A stretch of DNA of 64,000 nucleotides from Callorhinchus milii (taxonomy: Eukaryota). This document shows, in pieces, positions 12,194 to 24,300 of this stretch (position 1 is the first letter of the stretch; the number at the start of each line of letters is the position of its first letter). The notes under the pieces were generated by a model that made no database searches, was not told the DNA's origin, and saw only the letters and a list, made by a program, of their open reading frames with translations. The translations under genes and the position numbers were made by a program. The stretch is from positions 96,474,001 to 96,538,000 of the forward strand of contig NW_024704743.1 of assembly GCF_018977255.1 (NCBI RefSeq). The letters are read 5' to 3'.

Positions 12194-12309
12194 ATGGCGC
12201 CGGTGTCCGGTCTGCGCCTCCCGAGGGCTCTGAGGGCGGCGACGAGCCTCAGGGGGACCAGCACCGCAACCGCCGCAGCGCGTCAGCAGTACTGTCTGCA
12301 GCTGGTCAG
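12194..12309 (+). CDS. NDUFAF6: NDUFAF6 exon 1 (Arg/Ala/Ser-rich mitochondrial targeting peptide)
   Basis: [38 protein letters not shown](R); donor AG|gtcagg; no acidic residues in the leader. Confidence 0.88.
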
Positions 12310-15300
12310 GTCAGGTCAGGTCAGCCACTGCACACCACCATCCGCGCACGGGCTCCCGCGGCTAACCAGGTCGCCCAGACACGCCTCTCGGAAGTGCTTC
12401 GCAGTGCAATCATAATTCCTTGCACTTGATGTAGCGCCTTATCACGTCTGCGAGGCGTCTCAAGGCGCTTCTCAGGGTACACTGTAAAGGGTCGCTTCCT
12501 CCCTGGGCTCCTTCAAGGCCGGTCTCAAGACCCTTCTCTTCGATCGTGCCTTTGGCCGCCCTCCCACCTCTCTGCCTTCCCTCACCCCCACCACCATCCC
12601 CGACTCCTGACTGTTAAGTGCTTCGGGACGTCCTCCTGACGTGAAAGGAGCTCTGTAAATGTCATTTTGTTGTTGTGACTGTGTGTTTTGTGGGCGAAAC
12701 GCTATGTACAACAAAAGGATACACCACAGCAACAACTTGCATTTATCTAACGCCCTTCAGTCAGGGCAGCGTTTAGGAGCGCTTAAAAGAGGTCAACTAT
12801 GATCAATCAGGTTGACCACTACGAGATCTCTGAGCTATACTGTAATGAGCAGTGACTGTACCTTCTGGGCGCACGCCACAGCCCAAGATGGGGTGTGGAG
12901 TGGGGCCGAGACGGGGCGGGGGAGTGGGGCTGAGACGGGGTATTAGGGAGAAAACGGGGGGGCCAAGAGGGGGGCGAGTGGAGCCGAGACGGGGGGAGTG
13001 TGACCAAGACGGGGGTGGGGAGAGTGGGGCCAAGAGGGGGAAGGGAAGTGCCGAAAGGCACGGTCAAACAGGAAGGTCTTGAAGGGCAAGATCGTGGAGA
13101 GATTTAAAATTTAATTCACTTGTACTCAAGCCCTGTCTGGACTTTGAACTCATAGTCTATGCTGACGCGCCAATACAATGCTGGGGAGAGCTGCATTGCC
13201 AGAGGGTCCTTTGGATAAATGCTTCATTCAGAATCCTGTTTTGCGTGTTCAGGTGGACATTAAAGATCTCATTGCCCTACTCAAAAAGAGAAGGGAGTTT
13301 TTCCTGATGTCCTGGCCAATAACCCCCAGTTAAAATTGGTCAATCACTTCATGGCTATTTGTGGGACACGACTCATTGGGTTAACATGTTTGCCTACAAA
13401 ATACACATCCAGTGTATGAACTGAGCCATGCTCGAATGGAAATAAACGTTGTGGGATTTTAGTTCTCCGGTAGTATTTGCAGTTGACTAAAACATTTTGA
13501 TTCATGGCCTTGTTTTTCCTATCAAATAGAAACCGAGACTATGAGGGTTTCCTATCCTCCCTGCTGTTCCCTTCAGAATCTTGCAGTTCTGTCTTTGCAA
13601 TAAGGGCCTTCAATGTGGAATTGTCTCAGGCAAGTATTTCCAATATCTCCATTGTGGATGTGTCAGTATGTTGGTTCCTTTCAAAACAATAATCAGATTT
13701 TTTTTAGCCATGTCATTAGATACAGAGCAGAATTCTTATTCTATTGTTGAAAACCTCATTCAATGAAGTAGTGATCAGGAACCAGTTTTGTTCTGAGTAA
13801 TGTGGATTTAGTTAAAACTATTAGATGACTGAGATTTTAGCGGAGCCTAGTTAGATCCAATCAGAATTGCATATCTTCTTAATGTGCACGTGAATTGCTT
13901 TAAACCTACAGATTTGATGCTGGACAGATTTGAAGGTCCACACAACCATGGGATTGTTTTAATTGATTCAATTACTTTTAGTGATTACATTCAAGTTCAA
14001 CAAGTAAAACTCACAAAGTGTTGAGAAGCCACCAGAAAAGTCAGTGAATGCTCGATCCAGACTAGATTAAAAAAAATAAGTGCCTCCTAAAGTGGTGTTT
14101 AAATTTCACCTCCGAGGTAAAACTTAGTCCTGTAGCTCAGTGGTTAGAGCACTCGCTTTGCAAGCGAGAGACCTGAGTTCAATTCCAGGCAGTCAGGGCG
14201 AAACCTTGGGCAAGTTTCCTTACTCCACACAGAGCCTAATAATAATCCCTCCAAAACCCAAAACAATAATAAATTGGTCATTTTCAATCTACGACTGTTT
14301 GTGGGACATTGCTGTGCCCAATTGACTGCCGCGTTCGCCCACAAAGATACAGTCAATTCACTTTACAGTGTGTTCTGTGAAGCGCTTTGGGACATCCTCC
14401 TGACGTGAAAAGCGCTATATCAAATGCAAGGATTATTATTATTAGTCAATCCAACTTGCCTCACAACACATCTATCTCCAGCAAGGGGATCAATAATCTG
14501 CCATGGTTCTAACAGTCGCCATGTGAACCTAAACATTTGTCCAACATTCATTCTGAAGAGTCACCTTAGTATAAATACAAGAAAGGTAACTTGGTTGCCA
14601 TCACTGTTCACTGCATGTGAACATGCAGTGTTCTGCATGTTTATCTTGATAAACCATAAAATCCAAATTCTGGGATGCACTTATGAATTATCTATTTTTT
14701 TAAATTTATAAACACAAAGTATCAATTTAATATTTGAAGTTGTGAGATCAGCAATGCAGATCCACCCTGTTGGGCTGTTTCACTATTCCAGCACTGGGGG
14801 AGGTGGATATTAGAGCATTGAAACCATAGAAATTTACAGCCCAGAAAAAGGCCATTTGGCCCAATGTGTCTGTGCTGGCTCTTTTCCTTTCAGTCCCATT
14901 TAATTGCCCTTTCCCCATACCTTTGCAGTTTACTCTTCCTAGATCACACCTGGGCACACACTGTTCTCAGGGTATGATCTGAATTGCATACTCCAGGGCG
15001 ATGGATTCCTATTTCATGAAAGCCAGTTGGTCCTTTGACCACCTGTAGTTCGGGATGTTGCTGGCACTGATTTGCTATCACATTTGCCTGCATAACCATG
15101 TTCTGTAATAAATACAATTGTTTTTTCCAACTCATCGTCCCTTTTTGATTGAATTGTTAATTTAGGACCTGTCTGCCTTGTGATGAAAGCAGATATTAAT
15201 GGATATCCTCCCCTTCTTAATGGGGTATGGGATCCTACTTTTATTTACCCCAAAAAATCCAAAATGTGTGTGTTTGCGACATCAGCATCTCAAAACCCCC

Positions 15301-18300
15301 GGCCATCGGGCAGGAAACTGAAATGGGCAACTTCCTGGTTATCCAGTCATTGCCGATCTCACTTCATGAAATGTGCCAGTGGAGCCGGACGTCTTTTTGA
15401 GTGCATGACCAGCAAATACTACATAATACCAGGTATATAACTGAATTGTTGAGGGATTTGTGCCGCATGGTATCTTGACATGTGCAGAAATCCATAATTA
15501 CACAAGAGTTTCCAAACCACATATGTTCCACATATGTATGCCACATACACATGGAAATTTCTTTGTGTTTGGAATGGAATGTGCATTCTCTCCCTAGAGG
15601 GATGCACCCTACCCTAATTTATCTAAATTTGGAGAGTATTAAGTGAATTCTTAATTAAGAATAATAATTAATAATAATGTTAATTCTTAATCTATAATTA
15701 AATGAATCTCAGTACAAGATTGGTCCATAATACTATGTGCATTCATTCAGTCATTTTGACTAAAATAAAATGTGCCTCTGTATAGCACAATCTTGTTCTT
15801 TATGGTGGTCCTAATTATTTTACAATTTGATTATTTCATAAGGTCAAGGATTCTGTGTCACAGAAAACCATAGGTCTAATGCGAATGCAGTTTTGGAGGA
15901 AAGTGATTGAAGATATTTACAGCGATATCCCTCCTCAGCAACCTGTTGCCATGGAGCTATGGAAGGTAGTGGAAATTAGTAATTTGCTAGAAGGCTTCTT
16001 ATGCAACTTGCATTACTGGAGTTGGCTTGTGAAGGTGAATTGTTTTTTTAAAAAAATGCATCTTGTGAATTTTCTGCAGTACTGTCTTGCCGAGGACTCC
16101 AGTGCAATTTCCAGGAACAGAGTCTGACTTAAAACTCTCCATTTAGTCTATTTCTGACTCTTGAGTGTTGAGCTTTTTGGTGCTCTACCTTTTAGCAGCA
16201 GAGCACCAAATAGCTTTGAGAGGTGCTCAAAACATTGCTGCTTCATATGGAGGTTTTAATTTGTTTCAGAAAAGGGATCTTCTGGTTTAAACAATGATCT
16301 TTTAGGTACTTTAAGGTGAAAGGAACATTGGTTTATAGCCAAGAGTTGCAAAAATGTTCTTTGTTAAATCAGCAGTGGAAATAGCTCCTTGCACCTTCTG
16401 CCTTGGGGCTAAGGTACGCATGCCACAGGGAGCCTTATGTGTAGCTCGAGTCTCTAGAACTGCTCCATCCTGAGATAGCCTTGGAGTAATGATTTTGTGG
16501 GTCAGGGATGTGGATCCTTTCATAAAGAACACTTGCACCCATGGCACTTTTTCCATTGTAATTGGTAGCAGAGGTACCCTTGGTCAGAAGATAGTGGGTA
16601 CAAGTCCTCTATCAGGCATTTTGAACCTACAGTCCAGGCTGACATTACATTGCGATGCTGGGGATGTGCGGCATTGTTGGAGGTGCTGTTCTTTGGATTA
16701 GATGTTAAACTGAGATCCTGTTTGCCTGTTCAGTGGACATTAAAGATCCTGTGGCACTATTCAAAAATAGTGAAGTTCTCCCGGGTGTATGGCTAACAGA
16801 TAATTGATTTATTTATGCCAAAAATCAAGAAAAATTCAATAAAGAAAAATCTACGGACTTACCTAGAGTAGTGCGAATGTTTGGAGGGGATACTTCTTGA
16901 CGGCTTCGCGGGCTGGAACCGGCCCATGGGCCATAGTTCAGCAGCACTGGGTTAACATTAAAGCACTGTGATGCAAGGGGTTTCTCTGAGACCATTATTG
17001 TCTGCTCCCATATCATGTTGACTTTGAATCATGGTTTAACAGTATAGATGTGATGAAAAGACTTCAGATTGTATTATTTTAGGATGAGAGTATGTGTGTG
17101 TGTGCACCCTCGGGGGAGGTGGTTGTAGTTAAATATTTGAGGATTTATATAAGGTGCAGTTTATTCTGTGGGTCTACTTGGCGAGTTGCTGTGTATTAAC
17201 ATTACTGTACCTTTGCAGACATAAGACTGACTGTTTTGGGAATATGTGTTCCTTTATCTTGTTGTGCAATCATACTTGAGTAGTAAAACCTAACTAAGCA
17301 TTTATGATGTAAATGTATTTTCATTAGTTGTGAAATTTCTGCTCTGTCATTAATAGGCTGTAAAGAGACACAAGCTGACAAAGCGATGGTTTATGAGAAT
17401 TATTGATGACCGAGTAAGTATGCTCCAGAACTGTGGACTGAAAGGCAAAGATATTAATGTGACTGCATTGTAGAATCCCTTGTAAAGTAAAGCACACCCA
17501 TCACCCTATCCTCACCAGGCATGATTTGTTCCCTGAACGGATTCACCTTCTAGACAAATACCTCCACATTCTGGGACCTTCCTGTCTCTCTGATCTACTC
17601 ATCCCCGAATCCCGCTTGCCTACTCTGTTCAGCTAACACTGTGTGACCTCTGTCTGTCACCCCCCTCCCCTCCGTTTGTGCCACCGTTGGTGTCCGAGCC
17701 TTCAATAACAACAATTTACATTTTTATAGTGACTTTCACGTTGGGCGGACGACCCAAGGCAGCAGTCACTACTGCTGTGAATCTGGAACTCCCTACCTCG
17801 CCATCTCTGTCGCCGCCCTCTTTGTCTATCTTTAAATCCCACTTCAAAACCTATAGTATATCTTTGACTGTGCCTGTGATCACCTCCCGGTTCTCCCTTG
17901 CTCAGTGTCCAACCACGCCAATGTGCAGCGCTCTTAGGTTACATGAAGAGCGCTATATAAATGCAAGTTATTATTGTTGTAAAGCTTGGATGTTATACAT
18001 TTTAGGAAAAGAACTTGGATGACAAGGCATATCGAAACATTCAGGAGTTGGAATCCTATGCAGAGAACACTCAATCATCTCTCATCTACCTCATGTTAGA
18101 AGTATTAGGTACGTCTTCATTATTTCTTTAAAACTTGTGAACAAGTCCCTTCCAGTCCTTTTTCTCAGGGAAGGATTAAAAACCAGCATATACCTGAATC
18201 CAAATGACTAAATATGGATAGAATAAAACTGGCAATAAATTGTCCTCAGCCATCAATTCAATGAATTTATCAATATAATAACATTGGATCATTTAAAAGT

Positions 18301-21300
18301 GCTTTACAGATAATTGCAGTAAAATGGAGTGACTGTATATTTTATAGGTGAACGTGGGAGCCAATTTGCACACAGTATTGTCCCACAAATAGCATGATGT
18401 GAATTAACAGGTTATCTGGAAGATTGTCACTGGGAGAAAAGTCCTTTCTTCATCTGAACACCGAGATGAGACCTTGGTTTAAAATCTCAGCTGAAAGACA
18501 GACCCTCTGAAAATACAGCATGGGGATTGCAAGAGTGATTTATGTCTCTTGTCAGCTGAGAATATGATATGGGTGGAAACTCCTCACCGTGTTCAAGGGT
18601 TTTCAGTTCCAGTTATTGAGACCTCACAGAAGCAGAGTTTTTGTTCATCAGTTCTGGAGTGAGGTTGCTCCCTGCGTGCCTTTGATCTGAGAACACAGGT
18701 GCAGGGTGGTGGAGCCAAGATGTTAAGGACTCTAAAGTGCACTTTGAGGTGCCACTGAGTCTCATTTATATTGTCCTGGGGAGGAGCAGGTATATCAAAT
18801 GGAGTTGAACCAGGCTGCTGCACTGGTTAATACACTAGCCAAAGGAAGCTTGGCAGTCGGTCAACTGCTTGCATGCCTGGGCAAGTATGATATGATCAGA
18901 GATATAAGGAGTGTATTTTTTTGAATTATTTTAATAAAAATGTATAATAAAATTCACTAGTTCCTTACTTCACTATACCATGAGGATCTTACTCAAGTTA
19001 ACAGTCTTTTTTTCCCCTCAGTACAATATAATTAACTGCATATGTGACCTTCTTTGGACACTATAATTCTCTCATTAATAAAACTACTTAGTTTTATCGT
19101 TGATTTGTGGTTTTATTTTCCCCTCTTTGGCGACAGGTGTAAAGAATGTCCATGCAGACCATGCAGCCAGCCACATTGGGAAAGCTCAGGGAATCGTCAC
19201 ATGTCTACGGGCAACGCCCTATCACAGCACCAGGCGAAAAGTTTACCTTCCAGTTGACATTTGCTTGCTGGTAACTTAAACTGTCAATTGTCACTGTTGC
19301 ACTTAATATTTTTTTTTTTTTAAATTTCCTCAGCAACTTTCTCCTCTTGTGAGGCCATTGGCTCGGCCTTCTCTTCAACCGTGCCTTCAGCTCCCCTCTC
19401 GACTCTCTACACCCTCCTCGCTCCCTCCCCTCACCCTGACCCTGCTCGGGTCCCGACCCAACTGTCCAGCCGCTTGGGACGTCCTCCCGACGTGAAAGGC
19501 GCTCTATAAATGCAATCATGTTGTTATTGTTGATACCCTCCTTTGTGAGCCAGACAGTGTAGATATGCTTCGCAGTCATTTTATGTATCACAGTTTAGCC
19601 TAATCCTGCCCTTTTTATATCACACCAAATGCTGATTTTCAGTGCGGGTGGGCGGAGGGGTTCACATCACTAATCAGTAATTGGGAGTGGGAACCCTTTG
19701 AGGATTGTTTTCCTTCTCTGACGTCAATTCCAGTATTCAACTTTGCACAAAACAGGAATGAACTTGGGAACCTCCTGTGTTTTTTTGGCTCAGTTCTTCT
19801 GAGCAACCGAGAAAAGACTGTCTGTGTACTTTTTATTCACAAACTATTCAAACAAGATTATGATGTTGTGCTGAGCGCAAATGTTTCAGTACATTGTCCT
19901 CCCAGTGGGGTTGAAAGTACGTCATTCGCAAACTAGAAGCCATTGCACTTATTGTGACCAGATTTTTTTTACTAAAATTGTGGGATTGATCAAATAGAAG
20001 TCTGTGATTTGTAAAATCCTTATTGATTGCCTAATAACACATTTGCTGTAACCAATGTTAGCAGAGATCTATTTTCAGATTACCTGTGTCTTTGTATGAC
20101 AACAGTTTGTTAAAATATTGAATATTCTATATTCATTGCAAAGCACTGAAGCAATCATTTTAGGTTTGTCACCTCACATTCTTAAGCACTCAGGCCCAGA
20201 GGGTGCACATAGGGAATATTTGTTTTGAAATGCTTCAATCTCAATACTTACGCAGTGCATTAATGTGCAGTTTCATTCTACCACCAGATGGCAGACTAAC
20301 ACAATCATTTGATTTGAAGTGATCTCAAACATGGACTCTCGCTTCTCTAATACAAGTTGCTTATTTTAGCCTCTGCCCAAAGTTAAGATTATTTTGTTTG
20401 TCTTGTCCTATTTTATCCCCCCTCCTGAAGGTGTCTGACACCATATTCCCCCATGTGGCCAGGCTTCAAGTGTGAGCCTTAGCAGTGAGTGTTTGCAGGT
20501 TATTCACAGCATCACAGCCTGATCCTGTTCTCACTCAACATCCACATACTAGCACCTTCCACTGGTTGATTTCACATCCCTAATAGGTGCTGAGGTCATA
20601 TACAGCTAACTTGGAGGGCCGAGCGAGGACAGCGCGGGGAGGAGCCGAGGCCTAGCGGAGTGTATAGAGCCCAGCCGAGGTAAACATTCGCTGATTCGGT
20701 GGGTGGAGCGGAGGCTCTGCAGAAAAACGACAAGTGACATCAACGTGACGTCACACTCAAAAGACAGAAACGGGAAAAAAAAGTTTTAAAAAAACTTAAA
20801 TGAAAACCATAAACAGAGTGAGTGAGAGAGAGAGAGGAGGGAATGGCAGGGCAGATGGTGTGCGATGACTGCAGTATGTGGGAGTTGATGGAGGGCAGCC
20901 TGAGCCCGGGTGACTACACCTGCAGCAAGTGTCTGCAACTGAGCAAGATCCAGCTCAGAGTAGCTGAGCTGGAATCCGAGGTGCAGATATTGCGCAGCTC
21001 TAGGGAAGGTGAGAGCTTCCTGGATAGTTTCATCCAGGAGACAATCACTCCCCTGAGGCTCAGTAAATATATAGATCTTGCTACGAGTCAGGAACAGGAC
21101 AGTGTGACCTGACAGTCAGGCAGGTAAGAAGACCCCAGAGAGAGTGATGGAGAAGCCTCAGGCTTTAACCTTGTCCAACAGGTATGAGGTACTTGCAACG
21201 TGTCTGGACAAGAAAGTCTGCAACTCTTGTTCTTGCCTTTATCACCTCCAGGTTCGACTGTGCAAATGCCCTGTTTATCGGACTTCCCAGCTTCTCCTTC

Positions 21301-24300
21301 CACAGGGTCCAGATAATCCAGAACTCTGCAGCCCGTGTCCTCTCCCGCACCAAACTCCGTGACCCCATCTCCCCCATTCTCGTCCAACTCCATTGGCTAT
21401 GTTAATACTGCCAAAAAGAGCAGTAAACCTGAGGATTGGGAGGGCTTTAGAGAACAGCAAAGGAAAACCAAGAAACTGATTAAGAGGGAGAAAATGGAAT
21501 ATGAGGGTAAACCAGCTAGGAACATAAAGACAGAGTGTAAGAGTTTTACAACTACATAAAGAGGAAGAGACTATCAAAAGTGAATCTGGGTCCATTGCAG
21601 GCAGAGACGGGAGAAATTATATTGGGGAATAAAAAAATGGCAGAGTCATTAAACAAATATTTTGCTTCTGTCTTCACGTTAGAGGACACTGAAAACTTAC
21701 CGAAAATAGAGGGGAACCTGGAGGCTAATGTTAACTTAAAGAAATGAACATCAGTAAAGCAATAGTACTAGAGAAATTGATAGGATTAAAAACCGATAAA
21801 TCCCCTGGACCTGGTGGCCTACATCCTAGGTTTTTAAAAGAGGTGGCTGCAGAGATTGCGGATGCTTTGTTTCTGATCTTCCAAAATTCCCTGGATTCTG
21901 GAATGGTTCCCATTGATTGGAAGATCGCAAACGTAACGCCGATATTTAAGAAGGGTGGGAGACATAAAATGGGGAACTATAGACCAGTTAGTCTGACATC
22001 GGTGGTAGGAAAAATTCTAGAATCCTTAATTAGGGACGTCGTTGTGAGGTACTTAGAAAATCATAACATGATTAGGCAAAGTCAACATGGCTTTACGAAA
22101 GGGAAATCATGTTTAACAAATCTTATAGAGTTTTTTGAGGATGTAACTAGCAGGTTAGATAGGGGGAAACCAGTAGATGTGGTGTATTTGGATTTCCAGA
22201 AGGCATTCGACAAGGTGCCACCTAAAAGGCTGTTGCATAAGATAAGAGCGCATGGAATTAAAGGTAATATATTAGCATGGATTGGAGAGTGGCTAACAGG
22301 AACAAAACAGAGAGTAGTGATAAACGTATCCTTCTCAGATTAGCAGGATGTGACTAGTGGAATTCCACAAAAATCAGTGCTTGGGCCTCAATTATTTACA
22401 GTCTATATCAATGATTTAGATGAGGAAATAGAACTTAACATATCTAAATTCACAGACGATACGAAGATAGGTGGGAGAGTAAGGTGTGAAGATGACACAC
22501 GAAGAATGCAAAGGGAAATAGATAGGCTAGGTTAGTGGTCAAGAAGGTAGCCGATGGAGTATAACGTGGGGAAGTGTGAAGTTATTCACCTAGGTAGTAA
22601 AAATAGAAAAGCGGATTATTTTCTAGAGGGGGAGAGACTAGGTAGTGTTAGTATTCAGAGGGATTTGGGTGTCCTTGTACACCAGTCACAAAAAGTTAGT
22701 TTGCAGATACAGCAAGCAACTAGGAAGGCTAATGGCATGTTGGTGTTTGTTGTAAAAGGGTTAGAGTACAAGAGTAGGGAAGTCTTGCTGCAACTGTATA
22801 GGGCCTTGGTGAGATCGCACCTAGAGTATTGTGTGCAGTTTTGGTCTCCTTATTTAAGAAAGGACATACTTACCTTAGAGAGGGTGCAGCGTAGATTCAC
22901 TAGGTTGGTTCCTGGGATGAGGGGATTGACCTTTGAGGATAGGTTGAGTAAACTAGGCCTATATTCTCTAGAATATAGAAGAATTAGGTGTGATCTTATG
23001 GAAGCCTATAAGATTCTTAAGGGTCTTGACAGGGTAGATGCTGTGAGACTGTTTCCCCTGATTATAGAATCTATAACCAGGGGTCATAGTCTCAATGTTA
23101 AGGGTCAGCCTTTTCAAACTGAGTTGAGGAAACATTTCTTCACTCAAAGGGTAGTGAATTTGTGGAATTCTCTACCCCAGAAGGCTGTGGATGCTTAGTC
23201 CTTGAACATATTCAAGACTGAGGTTGATAGATTTCTAAAGGATAGAGGGATTAAGGGATATGGGGATAGGGCAGGTAAATGGAATTAGGTTAGAAGATCA
23301 GCCATGATCTTATTAAATGGCAGGGCAGGCTTGAGGGGCCGAATGGCCTACCCCTGGTCCTATGTCTTATGGTCTTAACTCAGCACAGGTCAAGATTGTA
23401 ACCTATAACCTTTCCACCCGTATGCTCCAATGCATTAATGGCTATCTTAACCCACTCAGTCTTTGTAGGAGATTTTTTTTTTTTTTTTAAAAAAGTGATT
23501 GTGTTTATGAACACCTTATGGGAAAAGGAAGATGAGGATCGGTATTTAAAAGAATATATCACTTTTTTGGGTTATAATTATTCACGCCTTAGTCACTGCT
23601 ATGGGTGACTTTTTAATGCCATGAGACTTCACTCAACCTGTGCAAAGCCCTTTGGGTCATTCACCTATGTGATAAGTCTCTAAGGTTGCAAGGAATAGTA
23701 GTTAAAGTCAGGACACTGGACTCATTTTAAAAGCAGCTTGATGCTCTGATAGGAGGATGGTAGGTTGAGGATTCTTGAGTGATGAGATCAGATGGCTTGA
23801 AAGACCTTCATTCTAACTAATCTTGTGATTTAAATGCAAATTGTTGTATAGATTACTTACTGTGTGGTAAAGTCCCCATTGGTAGAATGGAAGTGATGTT
23901 AGTTCAACTCAATAAATATTCCCCAGCAAGCATCTGCTCTAGTCCTTTACAATATTTATGCCACAGTTGCTAACACATCATAAAGCAACTTTTTATTGTG
24001 ATCATGAGGAAACTTACCTAACTTCTCCCACCCTCCAAGCAGCTGTGGGATGGAGTCTTTTTGGAGTATATGAAGAATATGTTGGGAAAACAGAAGAAGA
24101 AATTGCTATAATGACTTTTTTAAAAGCCAGTTTTGATCTGCTTTTTGTAATATTGAAAGTTGACTGCAGGCGTGAATAGAATTTACAATGTGTTGTAATT
24201 TAGCCATGCTGTTAGGAGAGTTCCTTGTTGTGCAGTAATTGCAGGTTGCCTGATATACCTTAATGCATTGCCCCTCCATGCTGGTTTGCTCCTTAAGTGA

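Larger units (their letters stand above)
11700..12410. promoter_or_regulatory. CpG island / bidirectional promoter shared by NAGPA and NDUFAF6
   Basis: Dense CpG in an otherwise CpG-depleted AT-rich window; divergent ATGs at 11847(-) and 12194(+); E-box CACGTG 11867-11872; (CG)8 at 11927-11942. Confidence 0.9.

Noticed and set aside
21744..23198. Active reverse transcriptase gene
   Set aside because: CR1 ORF2 is broken by stops, has FTDD in place of the usual FADD, and lacks the endonuclease
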